Below are positions 44,237 to 56,421 of a stretch of 64,000 nt of DNA, in pieces. The notes below the pieces were generated by a model. The model was given only the letters and a program-made list of their open reading frames with translations. It did no database searches and was not told the origin of the DNA. The first letter of the stretch is position 1. Each line of letters starts with the position of its first letter. The stretch comes from an uncultured Methanosarcinaceae archaeon. Its GTDB lineage: Archaea; Halobacteriota; Methanosarcinia; Methanosarcinales; Methanosarcinaceae. The translations under genes were made by a program, and so were the position numbers. The stretch is taken from positions 500,578 to 564,577 of the forward strand of contig CAWHXP010000008.1 in NCBI GenBank assembly GCA_963833425.1, given 5' to 3'.

Positions 44237-46348
44237 TTATGTGCCTTCAAAAGCCTGTAATGTTTCAGAAGCATTTGAAAAAACACCGCTTTTCTTGTTA
44301 TTTTCAGAATCCAGGGGGTCATTGACTTCAACTGCCTTCTCTAATTCAGCAGCACATTCAGCAAGGCTACTTCTGCAAGAGCTTTCATGCATCTTCCTAA
44401 AATCTTCATTTTTTTCTGCAATCCTGATACCGTATCTCTCTTTTGCAGCTTCAAGTATAGCTTCAAACATTCCTGAATAGGAAATATCAGCATAAGCTGC
44501 CATTTTTGCCAAGTGCCCGTCCCAGCACCACCCAGGGTTGGGATTTACTTCAAGGAGCTTTGGTCTTCCTTCGGCATCCAGCCTCCAGTCAAAGCGGGCA
44601 TAATCTCTACACTCCAACCTGTTGAAGAGAGCAACGCAGCATTTCACAATTTCATTTTTGGTTTTTTCTGGGAGATTGGCAAGCACTGACTTAATGTTGC
44701 AGTACGGAGAGTTCGGAAGCCACTTTGCCTCATAGCAGCAGATTTTTGGGAGATCGGCTGGTACTGCAGAGTAGTTTTCTTCAGTAATAGGCAGTACATT
44801 ACATCTAGCAGAGTTTCCAATGATACCAACGCTAATCTCTTTTCCCGGAAGAAACTCTTCCAGCAGGACAGGCTTATATGATCCTATTATTTTCCTTGTT
44901 TCTTTAAGAATTTCTACGAGTTCATCTTGGTTGTGGACAATGTTTTTCTGTGTGATTCCAAAACTAGAATCCCCTGAATTAGGCTTTACGAGTAGAGGGA
45001 ATGAGAGAGACAGTTTAGAAAGATCTGGATCCCCGACGACAAGGATCCCTTTAGCAACAGGAATTTGCATATCTCTGGCAACTCCCCTTACAACTGATTT
45101 ATCATAACAGAAAGCAAGGCATTGAGGCCCTCCTCCTGTATATGGAATACCGAGTTGTTCAAGCAGAGCAGGAATATGAAGCTCCTTTGTTGGATCGTTA
45201 TAATAGCCTTCATCACAGAGGTTAAGCACAAGGTCAATTTTTCCTGCCATTTTCTTAAGATCATCTAGCAGAGTTTCATGTCTGTCAAAGAAAGTAAATT
45301 TCATTAAAGGAACCTCTGCTAGTGCCTTTTTCATTATCTCAAGAGTATTAAAATCATCGTCATCGAATACACAGTCAGGCTTCATTTCGTCTTTTTTCCT
45401 CGGATCCCCTAGCAAAACAACAACATTCAACGATTTTTTACTACTGATTCCCTGATTAAAAGAAGGCCAAGTTTTTTCAACAGAAGCCGAAAGCAGGATT
45501 CTCTGTTCCATCATACCTGCATCCTGCGTTCTTGCTGATACCGAGCTAAAAGTAGTATGGAAAGTAGGATTGCTAAAACCTGATACTGTAAGCAACTCAA
45601 AAAGGCTTTCCTTGTTGTACAATCTTGCAGCATAAAATCGATCTGCAATTATCCCCCTATCTATGCGAGTTATCACTTCCCTACAAATTAATCGATCACC
45701 GTCTGCGGAAAGAGCCCTTTCTCGGCAGACAAAGTACCTTCTACCCAGCCATTCCCATGATCTGGGCTGAAATTTTTTTTTCAAATAATCCCCATCAGAG
45801 GTATCGATAAAAATTTTACCTCCAGGCTTCAGTACTCTAAAAATTTCTTCTAAAACCCTTTTGTCGTGAAATGTGGAATCAAAATAGCCAAAGCTGTTAC
45901 CCAGAATAGTAACTGCGTCAAATGTATCGGATGAATATGGAAGTTTTCTTGCATCTCCTTCCCTAAATCTAACTTTAAGGTTCTCTTTCCGTGCTCGATT
46001 TCTGGCTTTCCTTATAAGGTATTGAGATCTATCATATCCTTCAACACTTGAGAACCCCCTTCTTGCCAACTCTAGTACGTGCCTTCCCTGTCCGCAACAA
46101 AGATCAAGAATTTTTTCTTCTGGAGACGCCCCCAGGATAGAAATAATGAGGTCGACCTCCTTCTTAGTAACTTCCATATCATCTAGAAGATCGGCATCTG
46201 TCTTGAGGTAAAGGGAGTTAAAAAGAGTCAGCCACCAGTCTGATTTGACATAAATTTCAAGATCCTGAACAGGTCCGAGAGTATTCTTCTGTGCGGTACA
46301 TCTAGCGCGTTTGCGCTTGGTATTCAAAGCTTTAGTATTCTGGGTCAT
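44237..46348 (-). CDS. Class I SAM methyltransferase fused to a D-Ala-D-Ala-ligase-type ATP-grasp domain
   Basis: ILDLCCGQGRH, GDARKLP, NSFGYF; then NLCDEG, IPYTG, VKPN.GDSSFGI, EEFLPGKE, YEAKW, YARFDWR, LEVNPNPG. Confidence 0.9.
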   Translation of the reverse strand: MTQNTKALNTKRKRARCTAQKNTLGPVQDLEIYVKSDWWLTLFNSLYLKTDADLLDDMEVTKKEVDLIISILGASPEEKILDLCCGQGRHVLELARRGFSSVEGYDRSQYLIRKARNRARKENLKVRFREGDARKLPYSSDTFDAVTILGNSFGYFDSTFHDKRVLEEIFRVLKPGGKIFIDTSDGDYLKKKFQPRSWEWLGRRYFVCRERALSADGDRLICREVITRIDRGIIADRFYAARLYNKESLFELLTVSGFSNPTFHTTFSSVSARTQDAGMMEQRILLSASVEKTWPSFNQGISSKKSLNVVVLLGDPRKKDEMKPDCVFDDDDFNTLEIMKKALAEVPLMKFTFFDRHETLLDDLKKMAGKIDLVLNLCDEGYYNDPTKELHIPALLEQLGIPYTGGGPQCLAFCYDKSVVRGVARDMQIPVAKGILVVGDPDLSKLSLSFPLLVKPNSGDSSFGITQKNIVHNQDELVEILKETRKIIGSYKPVLLEEFLPGKEISVGIIGNSARCNVLPITEENYSAVPADLPKICCYEAKWLPNSPYCNIKSVLANLPEKTKNEIVKCCVALFNRLECRDYARFDWRLDAEGRPKLLEVNPNPGWCWDGHLAKMAAYADISYSGMFEAILEAAKERYGIRIAEKNEDFRKMHESSCRSSLAECAAELEKAVEVNDPLDSENNKKSGVFSNASETLQAFEGT

Positions 46349-47495
46349 GATCTTGTATCTTCCAGAAAAAAGTTTATGTGCTTTGAGTATATCAAGTTTA
46401 TTGAAGAGTTTTTTCGAATCCTAGCAAACACTAGATTGAAATGAAGTATGTTTTAAAAGATAAATCGGATTTAAAAGTATTTCAAGATAAAATTTGAAAT
46501 AAATTTTAGTTCAGGGAAAATTCATCACTTCCAAGACTCAAACAAGGAAGAAGCAATAATGTCTAAAAATATAATTTCAGCATTAAATTTGAAAATTCCA
46601 TAAATAATAGAGTTTCACCTCTATTCAAGCATTATGGAAGATTATAAAATTTTTAGAAGCCCTAGAATTAGCAGATTATCTACAAATATACTTAGTGCAG
46701 CAAGACATCAGCTTCTCTCAAAAAACGGGCCTCTCCATAGCAAGAAGGCAGAGCTTAACAAAGGAAATGACCCAAAAAAAGCAGGCTAAATCCAATTATG
46801 GAAGTCAGGGTTATTCGTGCAGTGCCTGGCTATGGAGATAACTTGCTAAGCAATCTTTGCCAGTTTTGAAAATACATCAACTTTCTAGCAGCGCTAGCAT
46901 AAAAGCCAAAAAGACAAGCGTTAATTTATTCAAATCCCTTGGTATTCCAAATGCGCTTTTTGCAGAGCATCATGGAGGTTATGAAAGAAAAATCTCAAGC
47001 TAAATTGAAGTACCAGGAGACAAAAATTTTGCCAAACATCTTACAAAATTTTAAAGTTTGCATAAAAATAAGTGCCAAAGAAAATTTAATTATTGATAAC
47101 ATCCATATGTTATGAATTCCTTTTCTGATATGTGATCCGGAAATCAAAGAAATTTTCTGAAGTTTATTCAATAAAGTCACAGTCTCTTAAGTACAGAGTC
47201 GAAAAGACCTTAATGTTGCTGTAAACAAGTGTTTTTAACATAATGATCACTTCAGCCTTAGGTATCCCTCTTAAAATTGTTTTGTTAAAATACATGGATT
47301 CGGAAATGATAGAAAAAGATTCATAATCAATTAAGGAATCAACTTCAGCAAGTCTGTTTCTAATAAACTACCCTAAATACATATATTGTTTACAACTTTA
47401 GTTAATTATTACTTGAAAATTAAATAATATCTAATTAGTACGATAATAATTATATATTTATTCTGTGACTTTGCAAGACAGCAAGTAGAAAATAT

Positions 47496-48340
47496 GGTTC
47501 CGTTACAAAAACTTCAAAAAAATATGTAAATCTAGAAGTAATTAATAAAAGTCAAAATATTCAAGGAAAATATACTAACATTATAAAACTATGCCAAACA
47601 ATTGATTAATGTATTTGACTTCATTAAGAACAGAGTAATTTAGATCGATTACTTGTCCTTTTTTGATCATATTTATAGCTTCAATTCCTTTTAAAGTCTT
47701 ACTAGCAGATCGAAAAGACTGAAAATCCTAACATTGGATTAACGATTCGCTTTATAGATCTATGATCTTGTTCTATACTGTTATTCAAATACCTTACTTG
47801 TCTAATTTCAACATTTTTAAACAAGTTCTTCTCATTATTCAGTTTACCTATAGCAGGTGGATAAGCTGGATTCTTATCAACAGTTATTACTCTTGGAATT
47901 TGATTATGATTCGAACTTAAAACTTTCTTAAAGAATCTCCTCGCAGCTTTTCGGTTTCGTTTTGCATTTAACATGAAATCTATTGTATCTCCATTTGAGT
48001 CAACTGCTCGGTAAAAATATTTCCATTTTGATATAGGTTTCATCAACTCTCCACGAATCATTTGTTGGTCTTAAATGTCTTCTTATCTTCTTTTCTATTT
48101 CAGGGTAATATTGATGCACTCATCTCATTATAGTACTGTGATCAACTTGAATTCCTCTTTTTATCATCGTTTCCGTTAAATTTCTATAGCTCAATGGGTA
48201 TTTTAAGTATCATCTTACATTAAATAGGATAATTTCTCCTTCATAATGCTTCCATTTAAAGGAATTAAATAGCATATTACTATCTTTGATTTTCTTTTTA
48301 TTCTTTTGTATCATTAGAAAGGATTTTTTGCAACGGAACC
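47496..48340 (-). mobile_element. IS6-family insertion sequence (845 bp), transposase pseudogene
   Basis: TIRs GGTTCCGTTACAAAAA / GGTTCCGTTGCAAAAA; 8-bp TSD GAAAATAT (47488-47495, 48341-48348); FKWKHY, SWRVDETY, YRAVDSNG, TVDKNPAY, LNNSIEQDHR; TGA stops at 48210 and 48120 plus frameshifts. Confidence 0.93.
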
Positions 48341-48982
48341 GAAAATATTGTCTCCACGATATTTCTTTGATTATATTTAATTCTGTCAAAGACCAGATTC
48401 AACTGTTTTCTATATTTACCTCTTATTTTCTTTCTTTTTCTCTCTCTTACAGGTATAATGAATTTGCTTTGATTTCTCCTCTAATTATGAATGTATTTTT
48501 TCTGAATAGTATCCTTTATCCATTACATAACAATCAGACTTTCCCATCTTATTTGGTTGCCTTATCAAAGCACTTGCGTGTTTCATTTCGTGGTCTGTTT
48601 TTTGATTAATTTTCCATCCCAATATTACCTTTTTACTTGTGTCCACTGACATTGAAGTTCTCAGAAAGCTTAGAAGAAGTTTCCCTGTTTTTCTGGACTA
48701 ATAACAACTTGCATATGAACTCGTAAATCCTGTTGTATCAATCGCTGCAACATAGACATTTTCTCCATATGAGTAAAACAGCTTTAGAATCCTTGCAGGG
48801 ATAAAGCTTCAGTCTCGAAGACTGAACAGTTTCAAGACTAGTATCAACAAATTTAATGTACTTATTAAACTTCAATATTGAATGTTCCTTCATTTTTAGC
48901 AAAAAAAATAAGAAGAATATTATAACTGAATAGTTATAATACTATGGTGTAAAAGTTCAATTTAGAGCATTTCTACAGAGCC
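48341..48982 (-). mobile_element. Internally deleted, end-truncated IS5-family copy
   Basis: Left TIR at 48982; nearly identical in reverse complement to 52304-52945, including the internal deletion; right end missing at the IS6 junction. Confidence 0.9.
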
Positions 48983-49902
48983 TGTTTAAGTTAAACTGTT
49001 CGTAATTCCTCTTTTTAGCCCATATTTCATAAAAACTAGCCATTATAGCACTATCTCTGGAACTTAGACATCAATTACTTAGTTTTTCAATTTTTTTCTC
49101 GGATCAAGATATCTGCAGCGATTTTTCCGCCTTTTAATTTCTACAATTTTATTGCGACTTTAAAATCATGATTTAGAAAAGCGCAGAATTTCTTTAAAAC
49201 AATTCAAATTCTTTACTTTGTCAAGGCGATTATTTAACGGCTTTACTAACTTTGAAGTATTATAGACACGTATAAAATTTCGATAATCTTAAATATCATC
49301 AGAAGTAAACTTCTTTAATTATCTATCTTAACACCATTCCATAATACAGTAACGTATAATTTTGACTTTTATGATTCTTAATTCGGTCTATCTGTTGCAT
49401 ACTTTCTCAAATAATTCTTTAATCTTTTTAAATTACTCATACTAAATTAATAGAATTAATTATAGATAAACCATATAATTTTAATGTTAGCTTGCTGTAA
49501 ACTAGGAGAATTTCCACAACAGCAAAAAGAAAAAAAGGGAAGAAAAGAAGTTTAAATGGGAATGAAAAGATGTCTTTCACTCTGGTGAGGGGCAAAAGCG
49601 GTTATGAATGAAAAAAATAAACTGCATGGAAAAGAATAACATGTAAGGTTAAATACTTGCAAGCAATTAACTAACACATGACGCAGAAGAGGGCAGGTGC
49701 ATTGGACAAACCAAAGTAATGTGGAAAAAAAGCTCCGGCTCATGAAAGACAAAAGTTTAATGAGCCTGCTATTGAATTAAAGCTCCGATCCAACCGGCTC
49801 AGAAGTTATTCGATATCGACATAAATTATAAAAGAACAAATAATACTTTTCTATCCCCGACATACTGGTGGATGCATTAATATTAAATATAAATTTATGA
49901 GC

Positions 49903-50082
49903 TCATTGAGCCCATAAAGCAATTATTTTATCAATAGCTACATGGGTAAATTTCCCTTCGTTATTGAGAGTAAGAACATTATCTGCACAAGCTTCAATGA
50001 TTCCCCTGAAAATATCGGGCCCACCACAGTAAACGTCTACAGCCTTGTTAAGATAATGTTCTACTATGAAGGATTGTATCAA
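49903..50082 (-). CDS. Small conserved methanogen protein (MM0924-like, Sm/Lsm-like)
   Basis: QSFIVEHYLNKAVDVYCGGPD.F.G....CADNVLTL...THVAIDKIIA; GGAGGT SD before TTG-ATA; start uncertain (ATA may be a mutated ATG). Confidence 0.65.
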   Translation of the reverse strand: MIQSFIVEHYLNKAVDVYCGGPDIFRGIIEACADNVLTLNNEGKFTHVAIDKIIALWAQ

Positions 50083-51032
50083 GTTCTTTACCTCCATTTT
50101 CTTTATTGCCTAGTTATTGAAATATTTTTTTTGCTGACACAACCGGCTTTAAATTTGCAGGTTTCGTCTAAATGTAACTATTCATTCTTTTCTTATAAAT
50201 ATATTCAAGGATTAAAGAGAATTTACAGAATGCAATTTTATAATACATGAAAGAAATTTAGCACTTCATAATTTTTCACTTCCTTGTAAACGAAGCCTTC
50301 ATACATATTATATACAATGTGAACATCGCAACATATTATTTTCATCATATTTTTTTGGATGTAATCACAAAATTGAATCAAAGCCGATATAATTTATAAA
50401 TTCTGTTTTATAAACCTAAAAGAAAGTGCAAATATCAAGATCAATGATTCACTTACGATTGAGGATAGTTTTAGTAGTATTGAAAGAATAGCAGTAGACA
50501 AGAATTCATTCAATTGTCTCAAAAGAGTATCAAGATGTAGCGCGGTAAGCATCCATTCCTACCAGCTTAAAAATAAACATTGTAAACATTGAAAAATTTA
50601 TCCAATCTAATTAAACGATTCTCATTCAAAAACAAATAATGATTCAAAAAATAAATGGGAGCTCTGATTTATCTGTTGATTAATTAAATAATCCTTATTA
50701 CGGAAAAAAAGATCAATTTTTTTAAAGATCAGAAATACTTGTATAGGATACAAAATTGAAAAATTTTTTACTCGTACATTCCAGATACCAATAGCAAAAG
50801 TTAGAGATCTAATTAATCTGCTATTCCGGTTGAAAAAAGAAAATAAAAATCGAATATTTCTATTTTATCATTCAATTGAAGCCTCTGTTCCAAAAATAAG
50901 CAAATTTCAATAAAACCCTGATTCTCGAGAGCTATTCATACACAATTCATATGCACATGAAGAAGTTTAGGAATTTATCGAAATTCTCTATAAATTTACT
51001 GTTTTCCTGCACATTATAGTGCCAAAAAAATA

Positions 51033-52229
51033 TTATGAAATAATATCGCTGCAAACCTCCAAAATCTTTCTTGCAACACTATTCCAGCTGTGATTCTCAA
51101 CGACATATTTACGACCTTTCTCTCCCATGATAGCCCGAGTACTCTCATCGGAAATTAATTCTAATATGGCGGTTGCAAGTTCCCCAGGATTTTCGGGATT
51201 CACCACGATTCCCCCTCCTGAGAATTCGATTAAATCTTTAACACCTGGAATACTACTTGCTACGGTCGGCTTTCCACAGGCAAGATATTCGTATGTTTTC
51301 AAGGCTGAAAGCCCTATTTTCGAGTTCCTTCTTTTAATAAAAGGAGCGACACAGATGTCAGATGCATTTATGTATAAAGGAACACTTTCGTAAAGAACCC
51401 CACCAGTGAAGATGAACTTATCGGAAAGCCATAATTCGGAAGCTATTTTCTGTAATTTATTTTTCGTATCTCCATCCCCAACAACTAAAAAACGAACTTC
51501 TGGGTGCTTTTCTAGAATTAAAGGAGACGCATAAATCAGGAACTCGACACCCTGCCAGGCTGCAAGGTGCCCGACAAAACATATGTATTTTTTTGAGTTT
51601 TCTAACCCAAGTTCTTTCTTTACTTGTTCTTGGGCCATAGGCTTGAATAAATCAGTATTTGCCCCATTATTGATAACAAAAACCTTATCCGCAGGAATCG
51701 AATACAAGCTAACAATTTCATCCCTGAGTTTATCTGTAACAGAAACGATTCTATCACAATACTTGTAATTGAGTTTTTCAGAATGGAATGCGAGAAAAGA
51801 AAAAACCTTGTATGCAAATGATTTGGAATTCGTATTTACTTCTAACTCATCTAGAACTAGTCCGTTAACTTCCACAACTAAAGGAATTTTCAAAAATTTA
51901 CATATAAACATAGGAAAAAATGGAAAAGAATTCTGCCGTAGATAAAGCACATCAGGCCTATTTTTGATACACGAATAAAAAAGATAAAATGCGAGCATGA
52001 TTTCGTAAGATGGCTGTATTAGATACTTATTGTTTATTACAGGCACATACTTTATTCCGGAAATGGCATGGTTTTCGCCCTTCGTACCAGGAGCAAAAAG
52101 GACTATATTAGTATATATTTTTAAATTTTTGAGGATCTCAAGTATATGTATATTCGAACCTGATTTGGAATTAAAAGAGCCGTAAAAAACTAAAAAAATA
52201 TTATTCACTTTTTTGAACATAATTGACAT
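51033..52229 (-). CDS. Glycosyltransferase family 4
   Basis: NGANTDLF, FVGHL, VVGDG, KTYEYLACGKPTV. Confidence 0.9.
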   Translation of the reverse strand: MSIMFKKVNNIFLVFYGSFNSKSGSNIHILEILKNLKIYTNIVLFAPGTKGENHAISGIKYVPVINNKYLIQPSYEIMLAFYLFYSCIKNRPDVLYLRQNSFPFFPMFICKFLKIPLVVEVNGLVLDELEVNTNSKSFAYKVFSFLAFHSEKLNYKYCDRIVSVTDKLRDEIVSLYSIPADKVFVINNGANTDLFKPMAQEQVKKELGLENSKKYICFVGHLAAWQGVEFLIYASPLILEKHPEVRFLVVGDGDTKNKLQKIASELWLSDKFIFTGGVLYESVPLYINASDICVAPFIKRRNSKIGLSALKTYEYLACGKPTVASSIPGVKDLIEFSGGGIVVNPENPGELATAILELISDESTRAIMGEKGRKYVVENHSWNSVARKILEVCSDIIS

Positions 52230-52303
52230 TACCAGAATAACAAAAGTAGTTAATTAGTTTTATCCACCATTTTATGGGATATTTTAAAAATCTTTGAATC
52301 CAC

Positions 52304-53092
52304 GGCTCTGTAGAAATGCTCTAAATTGAACTTTTACACCATAGTATTATAACTATTCAGTTATAATATTCTTCTTATTTTTTTCGCTAAAAATGAAGGA
52401 ACATTCAATATTGAAGTTTAATAAGTACATTAAATTTGTTGATACTAGTCTTGAAACTGTTCAGTCTTCGAGACTGAAGCTTTATCCCTGCAAGGATTCT
52501 AAAGCTGTTTTACTCATATGGAGAAAATGTCTATGTTGCAGCGATTGATACAACAGGATTTACGAGTTCATATGCAAGTTGTTATTAGTCCAGAAAAACA
52601 GGGAAACTTCTTCTAAGCTTTCTGAGAACTTCAATGTCAGTGGACACAAGTAAAAAGGTAATATTGGGATGGAAAATTAATCAAAAAACAGACCACGAAA
52701 TGAAACACGCAAGTGCTTTGATAAGGCAACCAAATAAGATGGGAAAGTCTGATTGTTATGTAATGGATAAAGGATACTATTCAGAAAAAATACATTCATA
52801 ATTAGAGGAGAAATCAAAGCAAATTCATTATACCTGTAAGAGAGAGAAAAAGAAAGAAAATAAGAGGTAAATATAGAAAACAGTTGAATCTGGTCTTTGA
52901 CAGAATTAAATATAATCAAAGAAATATCGTGGAGACAATATTTTCTGTAGTTAAAAGAAAATTAGGAGAAACAGTAAGGGCAAGGAAATTCCGTTATCAA
53001 GTGAAAGAGATTAAAATTAAATTAATAATATACAACATAGATAAAAAAGTTGTAGAGGTAATTGGCATCAAATTGAGGATTTCTACAGAGCC
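52304..53092 (+). mobile_element. Internally deleted (non-autonomous, 789 bp) IS5-family copy
   Basis: Both TIRs intact; perfect TSD GAATCCAC (52296-52303, 53093-53100); about 210 bp of transposase missing at a CAAG microhomology. Confidence 0.93.
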
Positions 53093-53309
53093 GAATCCAC
53101 GGTTATTTATACACTCTATATAAACATCTGGCCAAATTTATGAGTTTCTCAAAATTCATCATATATCATTTTCCTTAAATTGAGAAAAGTGGTTTAATGT
53201 GGATCTTGAAAATAATAATTTAATGCATTTTTAGGAGATTTATTTATAGGATGAACCCTCTATTTTTTTCTGTTTTTAGCCTGGCAGGAGCGAAAAAAGG
53301 TAAAAAGGT

Positions 53310-54509
53310 ATGAAAGTACTGGAAGTATGTCAGGAATTTCCTAACAGGTATTACCCTCAGCTTGGGACATTCATAAAACAAGGTATTGATTCGATTGCAA
53401 ACCAGAAAGTAAACGTTACTGTTGTTTCTCCAAAACCTTTTGTGATTCCTTTTTCTGCATTTCCATATCATAATTTTTCAAAACTACCACGGATTGAGCA
53501 TACCGAAAAATACGATTTGCACTACCCACGATATTTATATCTAGTTCCTAAAAAGTATTTTTACCCTCTTACAGGAATCTCATATGCTCATTTCATTTCC
53601 AGATACGCAATTAAAAATATAAAGCCAAAACCTGAACTTCTCCATGCACATTTTTCGTACCCTGATGGGTTTGGAATGATAAGACTTGCAAAGAAATGGA
53701 AGATTCCTTTTGTAATAAGTGCACTAGGCACGTTAGAAAGGAAAATTGCCTATGAGGGATCCTACACCTCAAAGCAAATATTTGAGGCTATGAATTGTGC
53801 GGATAAAGTTCTTTCTGTCAGTGAAGACCTAAAGCTCCATATAGTAAATCTGGGAATATGCGAAGATAAAGTTAGTGTGGTCCCAAACGGCGTTGATTTA
53901 GAGAAGTTCAAGCCCGCAGGAAAAGAGTATGCAAGGAATATGTTAAATTTACCTCAGGATAAACAAATTGTTCTGTTCGTTGGAGCCTTAAAAAAAATTA
54001 AAGGTGTAGACTACCTTATTGAGGCCGCCAAAAGTTTTCTGGACACTAATATCAGTCTTTATATGGTTGGTAGGGACGATGGCATGAAGAAAGGCATGGA
54101 AAAAAGAGCACATGAGCTCAAAATTAGCAATTACATTAAATTCACCGGGCCCTTAAACCATGAGAATATTCCGCTATGGTTTTCAGCCTCTGATATACTG
54201 GTGCTCCCCTCCCTTTCCGAGGGTAGACCAAATGTGGTACTTGAAGCCTTAGCCTGTGAAGTTCCTGTAGTAGCAACGAATGTAGGTGGAATTCCGGAAT
54301 TAATGATCGATGGGAAAACAGGATATCTAGTGCCTGCAAAAAACCCTATGGTATTATCTGAAAAAGTTAATAAGCTGCTTGGGGATAGAGACCTGAGAAT
54401 AAAAATGGGTAAATTCGGACGAAAGACCATAATCCAGCGTGGGCTTACCTGGGAAACCTACGCAAAAAAAACTGTAAAAATATACTCGAAAATTTTGATG
54501 AATAGTTAA
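53310..54509 (+). CDS. Glycosyltransferase family 4
   Basis: HAHFSYPDG, PNGVD, FVGAL...KG, PSLSEGRPNVVLEALACEVPVV. Confidence 0.92.
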   Translation: MKVLEVCQEFPNRYYPQLGTFIKQGIDSIANQKVNVTVVSPKPFVIPFSAFPYHNFSKLPRIEHTEKYDLHYPRYLYLVPKKYFYPLTGISYAHFISRYAIKNIKPKPELLHAHFSYPDGFGMIRLAKKWKIPFVISALGTLERKIAYEGSYTSKQIFEAMNCADKVLSVSEDLKLHIVNLGICEDKVSVVPNGVDLEKFKPAGKEYARNMLNLPQDKQIVLFVGALKKIKGVDYLIEAAKSFLDTNISLYMVGRDDGMKKGMEKRAHELKISNYIKFTGPLNHENIPLWFSASDILVLPSLSEGRPNVVLEALACEVPVVATNVGGIPELMIDGKTGYLVPAKNPMVLSEKVNKLLGDRDLRIKMGKFGRKTIIQRGLTWETYAKKTVKIYSKILMNS

Positions 54510-55141
54510 AATGGAGTTTAAAGTCTTTGTACTTCAACTACAACTATTCGCAACTTGTTAAAGGCACTCCCTTGAGCACAGCTAGAATGTTTTTTAAAAC
54601 AAATAAACTCTTTTTTTCATATAGTAAAACATAGGCTACAATTATGTACAAAGGTTCCGCTTTGAGTGTACTTATGAAGGTACTTCCTATTTTTTGCTAT
54701 AGTTCTCAGCATTCTGATGTCACTTTTCGTGTAGTAATCTTCAAAATGGAAGCAAAAAATCTATCTGAGGCTCAATGTTTTTTTGGCCTATAAATCTTAT
54801 AATAAATTCCTTGCTCATATAGCGTTTTAGTTTATCCTCACTGTGGTAATCTCAAATTTTTCATTTTTTGGTATATGTGCTTTACTCAATAATTCCTGTA
54901 ATAAGACACAAATTCGATCTAGAAACTTTTCACATAAAAGTATTAATCAGAGTAAAATCTGCTCGATGAGAACCCAATTATAATTATTTGATAACGACAA
55001 AAGAAACATTAATTTCAATAAAATCATTTAAAAATATTAAAATATTTAAAAAAGTAAAAGGATGAGTTTTGGATATAATACGCATTAATATAAATAAATA
55101 TTGCATTATGTAAACAAGTAACTATAGTTATGCTTCTACCT

Positions 55142-55438
55142 CTACCAGCCTTTTCTATATTTCTTTGGAAGCTTTTGTTCCTTATCTGTATCTTTTTTTA
55201 TTTTTTCCGATCTCTTAGCTTTTTTTGTTTCATGAGTCGCGATTTTCAAAACAGTAGAATTTTTTGATCCTTGTTTTAATTCCGTATCCTTTCCGTTTAT
55301 AGATTTCGAAAAAGATGCAGGCTTCTTATTCTCTTCTTTTTCTATTTTCATAAATTCTTTCACATCACGAAGTACCTTCTTCAATGGATTACTCCATTTA
55401 ATGGAGCTCTTTTCGTTATTAGGATTATTGGCAACCAT
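55142..55438 (-). CDS. Hypothetical lysine-rich small protein
   Basis: 98-codon ORF with GAAGGG upstream in AT-rich DNA; no recognisable domain. Confidence 0.5.
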   Translation of the reverse strand: MVANNPNNEKSSIKWSNPLKKVLRDVKEFMKIEKEENKKPASFSKSINGKDTELKQGSKNSTVLKIATHETKKAKRSEKIKKDTDKEQKLPKKYRKGW

Positions 55439-56421
55439 AAATATACCCTTCTCACTCTATTACATTTATTTAGAATATTAATGAATTAGTATAGTAAAAA
55501 TGGTAACTTTAGTAAAAAAAGTTTCTGCACTCAATTTCAAATTAAAAGATTTTCTAATATTTTCTGAAATCGAAAAAATTCATCACTATTTTTTGCATTC
55601 TGTAGTTGTAGAGAATTTTTGAAAATTTTAACATCTTTAAACTTTCGATTATCAAGTAAATTCGTCTTAGTTGTCTACAATATGCTGTAGGTGTATCTTT
55701 ACATGGTGGATGTATAAGTTCCAGTAAACTCATAATTCATTACATCCTAAAAACCGATGAGTTATCTATGATGTGCATAACTTTAAGTTTGACTACAATT
55801 AATCAAAAATTTTTATAAACAGATATGCTGGATATGTGCACAGAAGCGTTTGTTTGCCTATTTACCCGGTATTAGTCATTGAAAGTTGGATCGATTTTTA
55901 AGCTATATCATGTTGAAAAAAATAAAAGAATTCTTGTTTAAACCGCTGAAATGGATTTGAATGCAATTAACGAAACAATACCGAACTTATCAAGAAAATT
56001 AGAAAAAAAATGAGTGGGTAAACTTCCATTTTTCTATTGATTAGGCAAAGCATTGAGTGTGAAAATAAGTAGTTAGTTAGCAATCTTCTCTTTCCATCCA
56101 CCACATAAACTAAATTCCTGTAACCACAATATGGGCCATCTATGAATCAAAAGCAGACTCATATCTTTTAGTGGTTTAAATTAAGTGCTTGATTTTTTTT
56201 CGACCTACATCAAGTAATTTACTGTCTCAATTTTTAAAGAACTCCATTACCAAAATTTCCCCGGATATTGCTATCGAAGTTAAGCATCTGAAGAGGAAAA
56301 TGGATAAAATGAAATGCCATAATTTTGTTTTTGTACGTTTTAGAGTTAAATTATCTCAAAAAAAGGTTTGGGTCAAGACTCTTGAATCTGATCCAAATTA
56401 ATGTTTTTTAAAGTCATCTCA

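Noticed and set aside
46560..47010. Fragment IRAVPGYGDNL as a helix-hairpin-helix gene relic
   Set aside because: A single short motif in broken frames; not enough to call
48341..53092. Composite transposon carrying the small protein and GT4 between two IS5 copies
   Set aside because: The right copy has its own perfect TSD on both sides, indicating an independent insertion
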